Of a DNA stretch of 64,000 bases, positions 9,969 through 19,449 are shown one piece after another. Every line of letters starts with the position of its first letter. The first letter of the stretch is position 1. A program made the position numbers and the translations under genes. The stretch spans positions 7,265 through 71,264 of the forward strand of contig CAZBZO010000001.1 in NCBI GenBank assembly GCA_964496425.1, written 5' to 3'. This DNA is from an uncultured Candidatus Saccharibacteria bacterium (lineage in GTDB: Bacteria; Patescibacteriota; Minisyncoccia; Phycocordibacterales; UBA9973). The notes beneath the pieces are model-generated. The model made no database searches and was not told where the DNA came from. It saw nothing but the letters and a program-made list of their open reading frames with translations.

Positions 9969-10562
9969 TTACACTGATTCATGTGCCAGGATCGCTGCTT
10001 TTCGATCTATGCCCCAGCGGTAACCCCCGAGGTCGCCTGAGGCAGTAAGCACTCGATGACATGGGATCAGATAGCCGATCGTATTTTTACCGCAGGCACT
10101 GCCGACTGCTCGAACAGCTTTGGGCCTACCGATCTTTTTAGCGATTGATCCGTACGAAACAGTTTTGCCAGATGGAATAGCAAGCAAGGCTTGCCAAACT
10201 TTGATTTGAAAATTAGTACCGCGTACCATAAGATGAAGAGATTGTTTGGAATTTTTTGATGTAAATATCCTATCAAAATAATTTTTTGTAATTTTATCGT
10301 CGTAAAGAAACTGAGCATTCGACCACTTGGTTTGCATATTTTTTATTTCTTTTTTCTTGCTTTCTTTATCGAGAAATGCCAGGTGAATAATGTCTTGCTG
10401 CGTCACGCCAATAAGACACTGTCCAAATGGCGAATCATGGACGCCATAAGTAATATTAATGTTCCCCTTTTTATATTCATCTACTCGAATTGCTTGATGA
10501 GCTGCGGAGAAATTATAAGTTTTTGGAGAAACTCTTTCTGTCATAGTGCCATCATAATCCAT
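9969..10562 (-). CDS. ogt: Methylated-DNA--protein-cysteine methyltransferase
   Basis: Has the active-site motif IPCHRVL. The N-terminal Ogt-type domain and the C-terminal MGMT DNA-binding domain are both present. Confidence 0.88.
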   Translation of the reverse strand: MDYDGTMTERVSPKTYNFSAAHQAIRVDEYKKGNINITYGVHDSPFGQCLIGVTQQDIIHLAFLDKESKKKEIKNMQTKWSNAQFLYDDKITKNYFDRIFTSKNSKQSLHLMVRGTNFQIKVWQALLAIPSGKTVSYGSIAKKIGRPKAVRAVGSACGKNTIGYLIPCHRVLTASGDLGGYRWGIDRKAAILAHESV

Positions 10563-10601
10563 ACAAGCTCTTCATTCAACCCGTTTTCTGCTAACTCTAA
10601 A

Positions 10602-11174
10602 TTATCGTGTCACCAGAAGATCAAATGGGTTGTGAGCACCGTTTTGATACATACCAAAATGAAGATGGGGCGGTGTAGTCGAAGCGTTCCCCGTATTTCC
10701 TACATATCCCAAAACCGTGTCGGTGGTAACTTCTGTACCAGCCTCAATCCCATCAGCCACTTTATCTAAATGGGCATAATAGTATCGCACACCACCTTTC
10801 CCAGTCACATAAACATGATTACCTCCAAGTGTACTGACCCCTATTCTCGCCACAAACCCTTCAGTCGCTGAAAATATCGGCTCACCACGAGGAGCAAAGA
10901 TATCCACGCCTTCATGTGTCCGTCCTGCTTCGCGTGCTTCGCCCCATGTGTCAGCAATTTGAGACTTAGTCAGTCCTGTAATTGGGATCAAAAGCGTAGC
11001 ATCAGGTGGTAAAGATGTCAGATGATAGAGCTTATAGGGATAAGCGAGCTTTTCAAAAACCGAAGCGAGTCCTAGAGTAATTCCTTCTTTATGGGTATAC
11101 CAATACTGCACCGGATAGATGACGGAAATAATAGCAACGAGAGCAAAGATGATTGTAAGTATTTTTTTCTTCAT
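10602..11174 (-). CDS. M23 family metallopeptidase (LytM domain), membrane anchored
   Basis: HEGVDIFAPRGEPIF, GNHVYV and HLHFGMY are the M23 zinc-ligand motifs. There is an N-terminal TM helix. Confidence 0.88.
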   Translation of the reverse strand: MKKKILTIIFALVAIISVIYPVQYWYTHKEGITLGLASVFEKLAYPYKLYHLTSLPPDATLLIPITGLTKSQIADTWGEAREAGRTHEGVDIFAPRGEPIFSATEGFVARIGVSTLGGNHVYVTGKGGVRYYYAHLDKVADGIEAGTEVTTDTVLGYVGNTGNASTTPPHLHFGMYQNGAHNPFDLLVTR

Positions 11175-11364
11175 TTAGATAAAAAAATTCTTTTGCGTGT
11201 TTCGCAAAAGTTTAGACAATTTTTGACACAGCGACCCGCTACATAAAATGTAACGTTACAAGGGTGATACTGTGACAATAAGTATAGGCTTGGGCGGAAT
11301 CGGACTCCGCTTGCATTCCCGGCAAAGAAGCGTAGTATTTCGGTGAACCAAATTCCTCCAGCCC

Positions 11365-11865
11365 ATGAAAAACTTAATACTATTTATTGGTGTTTGCGTA
11401 TTGTTTCAAAACTGCGCATTAGCACAAAATTCTGGATACACCTGGCCGATTGAACGGCCGATAAACATGAAGAAATATAACGGATACGAACGGCTGATAG
11501 AAATGATTTACAATCAGATGGTATTAGATACACAATACGCTTTGGGATCAAAAGAATATTCAACGACCAAAACAAGTGTGACATACCCTACGTATCGCTA
11601 CGCCGTGATCGATAGCGGGTTTTCACGTGAATATGTAATCACGGTGTTACGTCTGCCTAGCATGGCCAAGATTGTCATCACTGATCCTGAACGGTCTAGC
11701 TTTAAAATCACTTTTTTCAATGGTGGGATTGCAGAATCCAAGGAGTCGAATATTGACCAACTTGATCCGCTGTATCACTTAGGAAAAAGTGGATACGCAG
11801 CAGAAATCACATACATCCTTCTGCTTGCTCGAGCACAGATGTTGCATGATCTCGCGCAACAATGA
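11365..11865 (+). CDS. Hypothetical secreted protein
   Basis: Signal peptide MKNLILFIGVCVLFQNCALAQ. No other motif recognised. Confidence 0.5.
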   Translation: MKNLILFIGVCVLFQNCALAQNSGYTWPIERPINMKKYNGYERLIEMIYNQMVLDTQYALGSKEYSTTKTSVTYPTYRYAVIDSGFSREYVITVLRLPSMAKIVITDPERSSFKITFFNGGIAESKESNIDQLDPLYHLGKSGYAAEITYILLLARAQMLHDLAQQ

Positions 11866-12036
11866 AAATACAAAATATCGCCCGGAGCAGTATATGCGCC
11901 GGGCTTGATTTTTATGCGATATTATTTAACATCCTTTCTATCTAAAACGCGAGCTATTTTCTCCCCTATAAAATCTCCCTCAACAATTGATAAACCCACG
12001 GGGAATATCTTCCGAAGAGAGGAATTCTTATGTATA

Positions 12037-12537
12037 TTAAAATGTCTTTTCGTCAGCCGATGGGCCGTAGATAGATGGTACAGCTATGTTGTTGAGACGC
12101 ATATAGACTGTAAGCTGGCCGCGATGGTGAACCCAATGATTGAGCGATGAGCCAATACTATCCCCTTTCAAAGATTGCATGAGGACTTGTTCACCAGATT
12201 TGAGATAAAATATTTGTTCTAAAAGTGCACTATCGGAAACAGTTTTAAGTGCATGCTTAGCTCCTGCAATATTATTGTCGTAGCGTTGTACAAGATCGGT
12301 AGTACTAATCGGATTGTATTTTTCCCATGCAGCAAGATCGATTGTCCCTTCATTTGCGATTGCCGAAAGCCATTTGGGAATATCGGCCACCAAAAGCGCC
12401 AAGTAGCCGAGCGTCATAGACTTGTCATGCGGCTTCCATGTAAAAAGGTTCTCCGGAATACGCTCTAAGCATTTGCGAGTAGCTCCTTCTTCAGCTTCAA
12501 GTTCTTTTAAGAATAGTTGGGCAAGTGTTGGGTTCAT
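12037..12537 (-). CDS. DinB/YfiT-like (DinB_2) metal-dependent protein
   Basis: NHWVHHRGQLTVYMR is the DinB_2 signature. Confidence 0.75.
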   Translation of the reverse strand: MNPTLAQLFLKELEAEEGATRKCLERIPENLFTWKPHDKSMTLGYLALLVADIPKWLSAIANEGTIDLAAWEKYNPISTTDLVQRYDNNIAGAKHALKTVSDSALLEQIFYLKSGEQVLMQSLKGDSIGSSLNHWVHHRGQLTVYMRLNNIAVPSIYGPSADEKTF

Positions 12538-12586
12538 ATATAAAAAATAGATTACTAGTATAGAAATATCATACCATACGAACGTT

Positions 12587-12964
12587 TTATTTTTTCTTCA
12601 CGGATTTAACCTTGGCTTTGGCCATGTTTTCTTTGAGACGAAATCGGACAATTTTTCGCACCAGAGGAAGTGGTAGTGGTCGGTCGAATGGAAACTGGAT
12701 AGTGCCTTTGGACCAAGAATATTTTGTAAGATCTTTTTTGAAAGCCGCCACACCGGACGCGCCAGGGAAAAAGCTCACATGATCTTTGAACCCTCCGAAA
12801 TATACTAAGACACCGTTCCAGTGATATGCAGGCATACCATAGGCAATTTTTTCCTCAGCTTGTGGCGCAGTTTTCTTGATAGTCATTCGGAGCTCCTTCA
12901 ACATCTTCTGTACACCTTTCGGAAAGCTTGCAATATACGCATCTACAGTTTTGTATTGTTTCAT
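12587..12964 (-). CDS. DUF1801 (YdhG-like) domain protein
   Basis: VDAYIA...YGMPAY...LVYFGGFKDHVSFFP follows the YdhG pattern. Confidence 0.65.
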   Translation of the reverse strand: MKQYKTVDAYIASFPKGVQKMLKELRMTIKKTAPQAEEKIAYGMPAYHWNGVLVYFGGFKDHVSFFPGASGVAAFKKDLTKYSWSKGTIQFPFDRPLPLPLVRKIVRFRLKENMAKAKVKSVKKK

Positions 12965-13050
12965 ATTTGTATAATACCAAATGTGTAGTATTTTTTAATT
13001 TTATTCACCTTTGGAAACTCCAGTATTTAAGGATTGCTTAAATGTGTATA

Positions 13051-13635
13051 TTATTTTTCTATCACCACAAACTCCGCTTCTGGAAGTGTCAGAATTTCCA
13101 AATCCTCTTCATGCGATTTCAGATTTTCTAGTAACAAATCCCAATTAATTGTTTTTCCATCACCATAATCAGCTGATTTCCAATGCGGAATACATTTGTA
13201 GGGTAACAGTCCAAGTCCACTACCGATCCGCATTGTCTCCCCTACGCCATAGTAAGTACAGAGCGCATCAGCTCCAGCTGAAGTCCCAGCGACGACTTTG
13301 CCAGAAAGTTCTTTCTCCCAACCGATACAAGTACGCAGGATTGAGGTTAGTTTTGAACTTACACCGCCTCGAAAAAATATAGCGTCAGCATTTTTTACTT
13401 GTTCGACAAATTTATCTTGCTGTGCAAGCTCAAGCTCAAAAGTTTCAAGATATTTTGAAAAGAATCCTTGATCTTTGGTAAATGTTTCTTGCCAGACATC
13501 TTCTGGGCGTGCGAACATGCAATCCAGTATTTTGATTGGTTTATGTGTAATACTCTTTACCAATTCATCACAAAATGCTTTTCCACCATCAACCGCTTTA
13601 TGAATATATCCACCTACTAAAATGTATTTAGTCAT
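13051..13635 (-). CDS. Peptidase S51 / type-1 glutamine amidotransferase-like protein
   Basis: FFRGGVSS...AGTSAGADAL resembles the S51 (peptidase E) nucleophile region. Confidence 0.55.
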   Translation of the reverse strand: MTKYILVGGYIHKAVDGGKAFCDELVKSITHKPIKILDCMFARPEDVWQETFTKDQGFFSKYLETFELELAQQDKFVEQVKNADAIFFRGGVSSKLTSILRTCIGWEKELSGKVVAGTSAGADALCTYYGVGETMRIGSGLGLLPYKCIPHWKSADYGDGKTINWDLLLENLKSHEEDLEILTLPEAEFVVIEK

Positions 13636-13641
13636 AATTTT

Positions 13642-14121
13642 TCACTTCTTAACATCTGCAAAAAGTTCAAGAATATCTTCTTTGAGAATTCCTTTTATAA
13701 TCATGGGCTCATACCCAGCATCAAGAGCCAAATCATCAATACCGAGCTTTCTTTTTCGTAATAAATGCGGCAGGTCGGAACGAGAGAGTCCGAAGACCAC
13801 CTTGGGAACTTTTGCTTGAAATATGGCAGAAGCACACATGAGGCAAGGCTCATTAGTGCTGTATATAGCGCAATCGCTCAGATCATTACTTGCAAGCGCC
13901 ACACAAGCTGTATTAATCGCTTGTAATTCAGCATGCCCTAGGATATTTTTTGTACCCTTCTCTGTGCAGGCTGCCCGGGCAATAATTTCTCCATCTCGCA
14001 CAATCACAGCCCCAAACGGCCATTCGCCGCTAGCTAGAGCGAGTCCAGCTTCCTTTATAGCTTCTCGGATAAAATCTTCGTCAGTCATGACCCCAATTAT
14101 AGCCGTATTCCTTAAAAACAA
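13642..14121 (-). CDS. Nucleoside/nucleotide deaminase (CDA fold; TadA/guanine deaminase-like)
   Basis: HAELQAI and PCLMCASAI are the zinc-binding motifs. Confidence 0.85.
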   Translation of the reverse strand: MFLRNTAIIGVMTDEDFIREAIKEAGLALASGEWPFGAVIVRDGEIIARAACTEKGTKNILGHAELQAINTACVALASNDLSDCAIYSTNEPCLMCASAIFQAKVPKVVFGLSRSDLPHLLRKRKLGIDDLALDAGYEPMIIKGILKEDILELFADVKK

Positions 14122-14159
14122 AAATCACCCGTTAGGTGATTTTTGTAGATTGCACTTGA

Positions 14160-14375
14160 TTAGATTTCTGGGGCAGCGTCGAAGTCTTTTTGAAATTTTT
14201 CGCTCCAAGCCACCATCGCTGGATCAGTCATGGGCATCGCCTTAACATCAGCTGCCATTTTCGGATGCGCTTCTTCCAAATGCTTCATACCGTTCCCCAT
14301 CATCTCTTCTGAGGTGGCGCCCATGATCTCGGCATCACACTCCCCGCCCATTGCTCTACATGTCATTTTTTTCAT
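14160..14375 (-). CDS. DUF1059 family small protein
   Basis: MTCRAMGGECDAEIMGATSEEM matches the DUF1059 consensus. Confidence 0.6.
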   Translation of the reverse strand: MKKMTCRAMGGECDAEIMGATSEEMMGNGMKHLEEAHPKMAADVKAMPMTDPAMVAWSEKFQKDFDAAPEI

Positions 14376-14405
14376 AGTTTTTTGATTTAATTAGTATTTA
14401 TTTGC

Positions 14406-14882
14406 CTAATTTTGCGCGTCGGCAGATGGGCCGTAAATTGCGGGAACAAATGCTCCCATGGCCCGCAGATATGTCGCCAACTGTCCACGGTGATGCACAG
14501 CATCAAACAAAAATCCCCAGGCCATATGATATTTTTTATCTTTCCACGTTTCTCCCATACTCGCATCCCCATTTTCCCAGTCTTCGTCGGAAATAGCGGC
14601 TACATCTTTTTCTAATTGAGAAATACCCTCGTCAAACTTCGAAAGCATGTCAGCTTTAGTTTGATTTTCCATTTCATGAGGATTAAACGCTGGTGAACCA
14701 TCCGTCAAAATCCCGGAAATAGCTTTCCACTGAAGCGCCAGCTGGGCCGCTAAGTTGCCTGCGTCACGCGATCGTTCATGCACCTTATGCGCATGCTTGT
14801 CTTCGGGCAGTGCGTCTATCGCCTTTCGAAACCGTGGTGCCTCTTCTTGTAAGGTTTTTAAGAAAAAATCTTTATTTGTCAT
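14406..14882 (-). CDS. DinB/YfiT-like (DinB_2) protein, paralog of 12037-12537
   Basis: HHRGQLATYLRAMGAFVPAIYGPSAD is shared with the 12037-12537 ORF. Confidence 0.75.
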   Translation of the reverse strand: MTNKDFFLKTLQEEAPRFRKAIDALPEDKHAHKVHERSRDAGNLAAQLALQWKAISGILTDGSPAFNPHEMENQTKADMLSKFDEGISQLEKDVAAISDEDWENGDASMGETWKDKKYHMAWGFLFDAVHHRGQLATYLRAMGAFVPAIYGPSADAQN

Positions 14883-14936
14883 AGAGATGATTCGCTTATG
14901 GATAATATATACATACTACCATACGGTAATGTATTT

Positions 14937-15365
14937 TTATTTCTTAGGATAAATGCTTTTGATCTTTTTTAAAACTCCTTTTCTTTTGACTATATTTTTA
15001 TAATCCCACTGTATCTCTTCTGCCTTCTTTAGCCATCGTTTAAGGTCTTTCCTTTTTATCTCTGAAGCCACTGTATACCGTATCTCAGCTGCCTTGAAAC
15101 TTCCTTCTTTTTGTAAGTCTCCTTCGTCAAAAGACTGACCGCTCCAAAAAAGTAGCCTAACACAATCTTTCAATTTGTCGTATCCCACAACCGGATTGCC
15201 ATCCAAAAACCACACAGGGTTTGCGTGCCAGATTTTATTCTCTGCCTTTGGTAGAGCGTGAACAATCTCTTCGGCCAATACATCGCAAATTTCTTTGTTT
15301 CCTTTAGATTGTTTTTTATTGTAGGCTAGAATATCTTTATTTATTTGAGAAAGTGTTTTGGGCAT
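14937..15365 (-). CDS. DUF1801-like domain protein
   Basis: WHANPVWFLDGNPVVGY...LLFWSG fits the pattern of DUF1801-related families. The assignment is weak. Confidence 0.4.
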   Translation of the reverse strand: MPKTLSQINKDILAYNKKQSKGNKEICDVLAEEIVHALPKAENKIWHANPVWFLDGNPVVGYDKLKDCVRLLFWSGQSFDEGDLQKEGSFKAAEIRYTVASEIKRKDLKRWLKKAEEIQWDYKNIVKRKGVLKKIKSIYPKK

Positions 15366-15517
15366 ATATATAATTTTTTACACATTGAAACGTACGCGAA
15401 AACATATTGAAAGGAGGTTACTATGCGGATATATTATACAACTTTTAAATAATTATTTTAAGTACATGTCTTAATCAATATCCAATCATTCAAATACCGC
15501 CGATGCGATTTTGCCCG

Positions 15518-16240
15518 CTAGATCCCGGAAACACCAAATAACTTACCGACACCGAATGTGATCAGCATTGCAAGCATTCCGCCCAAGACCACTCGTATCG
15601 TAGCCTTCATTTTATTTGCCCCTCCAGCATACGCACTCAACATACCAGTAACGACCAGCGCCACCAAGACGGAAATAAACGTACCGACAATACGGAAGGA
15701 AGATGGCAACAACCATACCGTGGCAAGCGGGATTATCGCACCAGAAAGAAATGCTACGGCTGAAGCGTATGCCGCATGCCATGGGTTAGTCAGGTCGCTC
15801 GGATCGATCCCAAGCTCGATGTCCACATGAGCAGCAAACGCGTCGTGTTTGGTAAGCTCTTTTGCAACGAGTTGCGCAGTGTTTTGCGAAAGTCCCTTTG
15901 CCTCATAGAGCATCGCAAGTTCCGCAAACTCTTGCTCTGGAACATTTTCAAGCTCCCAACGCTCCTTCTCAAGCAAAGCGCGCTCTGTGTCGCGCTGTGT
16001 ACTTACTGAAATATATTCCCCTACCGCCATAGAGAGCGCTCCACCCACAGTGGCAGCAATCCCCGCGGTCAGGATAAGTCGAAGATCATTTGTACTGCCT
16101 GCCACGCCAACAATAAGCGCTGATACAGAGACAATGCCGTCATTTGCACCCAACACAGAAGCTCGTAACCAGTTGAGCTTTTGGTTGCTTTTTGGGTCTT
16201 GTTGCTCCTTGTGGGCAATGGGATTTCGATAGGTATTCAT
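15518..16240 (-). CDS. VIT1/CCC1 family iron/manganese transporter
   Basis: LGANDGIVSVSALIVGVAG and the C-terminal TM bundle match the VIT family. Confidence 0.85.
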   Translation of the reverse strand: MNTYRNPIAHKEQQDPKSNQKLNWLRASVLGANDGIVSVSALIVGVAGSTNDLRLILTAGIAATVGGALSMAVGEYISVSTQRDTERALLEKERWELENVPEQEFAELAMLYEAKGLSQNTAQLVAKELTKHDAFAAHVDIELGIDPSDLTNPWHAAYASAVAFLSGAIIPLATVWLLPSSFRIVGTFISVLVALVVTGMLSAYAGGANKMKATIRVVLGGMLAMLITFGVGKLFGVSGI

Positions 16241-16323
16241 ACTTATACTCTAGCATTTTCTATGCGAAGCAGAGCGTTTTTCTATTTCGTAGGTCTTCGC
16301 AAATCATTCCTTTTGGAATACTG

Positions 16324-16356
16324 ATTTCTAAGCAAGAACGGTTCTTGCTTAGAAAT
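16324..16356. repeat. 33-bp perfect palindrome ATTTCTAAGCAAGAACGGTTCTTGCTTAGAAAT, copy A of a dispersed repeat family
   Basis: Read directly from the sequence. Related copies are at 19035, 21808, 22471 and 22535. Confidence 0.8.
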
Positions 16357-16358
16357 TT

Positions 16359-16402
16359 TCATCCTTGAAAACCCTGCCGGCCGGCAGGGTTTTCAAGGAT
16401 GA
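16359..16402. repeat. 44-bp perfect palindrome (TCATCCTTGAAAACCCTGCCGG / CCGGCAGGGTTTTCAAGGATGA)
   Basis: Read directly. It lies downstream of the minus-strand gene at 16446-16850 and is a likely terminator hairpin. Confidence 0.75.
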
Positions 16403-16445
16403 GATCATCGTAAGCGCTATCCAGAAATAGACATCAATCTAACAA

Positions 16446-16850
16446 CTAGGACATATCGAAATAATTTCGCATCGCACCATTGAAGAAAATTCTCCATGAT
16501 TCAAAAGGAGTTAATCTGATTAGATCAACAATGATTGTTAAGATCAATAAAGCTAGAAGATTTAGTACTATTCTTTTACCTAAACCCAAATTCTTTCCTT
16601 TCAATCTTCTATTAATCCAAAACATTGCCAGAAGAAATACCGCAAGAGAGACCCAGGAATATGGGGTTATCATAAGAATTAAAGACGGAAGACCATACGG
16701 AACAAATAGACCGATAAACCCTGCTATGTATCCCATCGTAGACGGAACGGTGTTTGGATATCCTGCAATATTTAAAATGATGTATAGAGCAGTCAGAATA
16801 AACCAACAAAACCAAATCGATTGAAACACAGCCCATTTGTTTTTATTCAT
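16446..16850 (-). CDS. Hypothetical integral membrane protein
   Basis: 134 aa with 4 hydrophobic helices. Confidence 0.5.
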   Translation of the reverse strand: MNKNKWAVFQSIWFCWFILTALYIILNIAGYPNTVPSTMGYIAGFIGLFVPYGLPSLILMITPYSWVSLAVFLLAMFWINRRLKGKNLGLGKRIVLNLLALLILTIIVDLIRLTPFESWRIFFNGAMRNYFDMS

Positions 16851-16959
16851 ATATTGAATTATAGAAGTTTTCCGAAAAAATCCCTATGGCCTCAAATGAA
16901 TCGAGAAGGACTCCGTCTACGTCAAACAATACCGCTTTAATCATATAATAGCCATGCTT

Positions 16960-17364
16960 TTAGGCATTGAGATACGTTATATGTAATTGTAAGATCGTTG
17001 CAAATGTCACCCACAATACATACGGAATGTTGGCATACACAATCCAACGAAAGTGAGTCGAGAAATGCCACAGTGCAAAGAGGGCCCAGATGAGCGTGCC
17101 GAGCACAAGTAAAATATCGATAGCCGCAAGAAGATTATTTTTAAGACCAAATTGAATGGGCGTAAAGACGAAGTTGAAGAGTAGATTGAGCGCAAACGGT
17201 AGAGCCACAATCCATGGAATTTGTTTGGTGAATACTTTATAAAATACCGTCCCGAAGGAAATGGCAATGATCAGATAGAGTACCGTCCACACGGGACCAA
17301 AGAGCCACGAGGGCGGCGCCCATGTAGGTTTGATCAGCTGCGAGTACCAGTTGTATGTGTTCAT
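16960..17364 (-). CDS. tspO: TspO/MBR family tryptophan-rich sensory protein
   Basis: WYSQLIKPTWAPPSWLFGPVWTVLY and five TM helices. Confidence 0.85.
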   Translation of the reverse strand: MNTYNWYSQLIKPTWAPPSWLFGPVWTVLYLIIAISFGTVFYKVFTKQIPWIVALPFALNLLFNFVFTPIQFGLKNNLLAAIDILLVLGTLIWALFALWHFSTHFRWIVYANIPYVLWVTFATILQLHITYLNA

Positions 17365-17417
17365 GGGTTAATTATACCCCACAAGACCCACCGCAAGAAT
17401 TTTAGGAGGATTAAGGA

Positions 17418-18647
17418 TTACAGCTCATCCTCGGCATCATGCGCGAGGTCTTCTGCTTCTTCAGCGAGGTCTATTGCATCGTCATAATTTTCATCATCAA
17501 ATTCATTTTGGGCATCATCTAAAGCTTCTTCCGCTTCATCGAGAATATCTTCTGCATCGCTCACATCGTCGCCATCATCGTCAGCTTCTTCAATGGCGTC
17601 GCGCGCATTGTCGATCGCATCTTCTGCATCTTCAATTGCGTCTTCTGCGTCTTGCTCATCATCGCTACCCTCTCCGATCGCATCAACGGCATCATCGGCA
17701 AGATCCTTTGCTTCTTCAGCTTGATCTATGGCATCACTATAGTCCTCATCGTCGAAGCTCTGTTCTGCTTCGTCGAGGGCATCGCGGGCTTCGTCAAGAA
17801 TATCTTCGGCTTCCCCGACGTCTTCACCGTCATCATCAGCTTCTTCGATTTGATTCTCTGCGCTATCTATTGCGTCTTCGGCATCTTCGATCGCTTGATC
17901 TGCTTTATCTTCATCCGTTTCTCCGCCAGCATCTTCAAAGGCATCGATGGCATTATCATAGGCATCTTCGGCCGATTCCATTGCATCATCAAAATCTCCG
18001 TCGAAATAGGATCGGATCGCATCGAATAAATCCTCCTTGGCTTTTTCAAGTTCTGCGGTAGCACTTCCGACATCACCCCCATCATCTTCGGTCTCATCAA
18101 TCTGATCCTCAGCATCCTCTATAGCATTGATAGCATCAGTTATTTGCCCTTCAGTATCCTCGTCTCCGCTATTTGGATTTGATTTCAACTGAGCGATTTC
18201 TTGATTGAGATCTGCTATCTGCTGGGTAAGAGTATCAACAGATGATCCACTAGAAACAGGACTCGAAGGAGGAGTGGAAGTATTTGCTGGTGCACCTAAA
18301 ATGATTGCTACTATTTGAGAATATTTTTGACGAGAGAGAGCGCCGAAATATCCAGCCGCTGGTGTCAGGCCATTCATGGTCTGCCATTGTACCACTGCAG
18401 CTCTTGTCAGCTCTTTAAATTGAGTTGTTTCCTGGCCTTTAGAACCTACACCCGTAAGGGCCACAGCGACACCTGCATCATTCAAGTATTGCTGAAGGCA
18501 TCGCACGTCTTCTCCTTCGGCCCCGAGCTCCAAATCTCGAGTAAAATCACATTGAACAATAGCATTTGCAGCCGATGGATTTGAAACGAGCGCAAACATT
18601 CCCATAGCTACTACTCCACCTAAAAATAATATTTTTATGTATTTCAT
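17418..18647 (-). CDS. Secreted peptidoglycan-binding-domain protein with long D/E-rich tandem repeats
   Basis: Signal peptide followed by a PG_binding_1-like region (GAEGEDVRCLQQYLNDAGV...WQTMNGL). About three 75-aa acidic repeats follow (DAIEDAEDAID...EADDDGEDV...DILDEA). Confidence 0.7.
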   Translation of the reverse strand: MKYIKILFLGGVVAMGMFALVSNPSAANAIVQCDFTRDLELGAEGEDVRCLQQYLNDAGVAVALTGVGSKGQETTQFKELTRAAVVQWQTMNGLTPAAGYFGALSRQKYSQIVAIILGAPANTSTPPSSPVSSGSSVDTLTQQIADLNQEIAQLKSNPNSGDEDTEGQITDAINAIEDAEDQIDETEDDGGDVGSATAELEKAKEDLFDAIRSYFDGDFDDAMESAEDAYDNAIDAFEDAGGETDEDKADQAIEDAEDAIDSAENQIEEADDDGEDVGEAEDILDEARDALDEAEQSFDDEDYSDAIDQAEEAKDLADDAVDAIGEGSDDEQDAEDAIEDAEDAIDNARDAIEEADDDGDDVSDAEDILDEAEEALDDAQNEFDDENYDDAIDLAEEAEDLAHDAEDEL

Positions 18648-18702
18648 ATTTTAAATTAGTGTATTAACTGATATACATTCATTATACGTTATCGTGCCTG
18701 TC

Positions 18703-19119
18703 TTACAAATAGCGGGAAATATCGTTTACTTTTAGTTTGGAAAGTATGGGATTTTCTACTGATTCCAATACCCTCGTGACCAGTGAGCCTGGTATTAAAT
18801 TTTGGATGAACTCAATGGTCTTAGTGGGTTCTATACCTTCTAACAATGCAAAGCGAACAGTATTTTCTTTGTCAGAGGCATTTTCTGCAAGACAGGTAAT
18901 GCCATTCTCGATGGTGAATTTTCGAATTCGTCCGCGCAACATTACCCCATGCAACGTGTTTGCATCACTTTGAATTTCGTAAATATTCCATTTGAGTTTC
19001 ATAGGATAATCCATTATATACGTAAGCCTCGTGATAAGTAAGGATGGTTCTTGCTTAACATAATTATTTTTATTACTTTCGTAAAATCTTCTCCATGGTC
19101 TTCCCTTTTGCAAGCTCAT
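18703..19119 (-). CDS. Hypothetical protein (probable start at internal Met 19014)
   Basis: The ORF-track start overlaps the upstream gene. MDYPMKLKW at 19014 avoids that overlap. Confidence 0.4.
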   Translation of the reverse strand: MSLQKGRPWRRFYESNKNNYVKQEPSLLITRLTYIMDYPMKLKWNIYEIQSDANTLHGVMLRGRIRKFTIENGITCLAENASDKENTVRFALLEGIEPTKTIEFIQNLIPGSLVTRVLESVENPILSKLKVNDISRYL

Positions 19120-19420
19120 CGATCAATTTATCGAGGTAGCGGATTTCCCGCATGACTCGATCCTTGATCTCTTCTATACGCACGCCGCATACTACGCCCT
19201 TGATCAGCTTTCGCTTAGGATTCATTTTTGGTTGAGTGTAAAAATCTTCAAAGCTAGTTTCTTTCTCTAAATGTTTTTCAAACTGTTTTTGGGTATAGCC
19301 AGTCAGCCATCGAATGATGGTGTCGACTTCAGCTTTCGTGCGGCCTTTTTTCTCGGCCTTAGCAATATAGTACGGATACACTTTTGAGAAACTTGTTGCG
19401 TAGAGTTTTTCTTTTTTCAT
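19073..19420 (-). CDS. DUF2200 family protein
   Basis: [33 protein letters not shown] matches the DUF2200 consensus. Confidence 0.65.
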   Translation of the reverse strand: MKKEKLYATSFSKVYPYYIAKAEKKGRTKAEVDTIIRWLTGYTQKQFEKHLEKETSFEDFYTQPKMNPKRKLIKGVVCGVRIEEIKDRVMREIRYLDKLIDELAKGKTMEKILRK

Positions 19421-19449
19421 GGCATTGCGTGATACGTGGTTCTTAGTTA

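Noticed and set aside
17474-18061. 195-aa His/Arg/Leu-rich plus-strand ORF
   Set aside because: It is an artefact of the antisense frame of the GAT/GAA-rich acidic repeat gene 17418-18647.
18703-19014. Acylphosphatase-like assignment for the 18703 ORF
   Set aside because: The VxGxVQGVxFR and GxVxNxxDGSV motifs are not actually present. It is left as a hypothetical protein.
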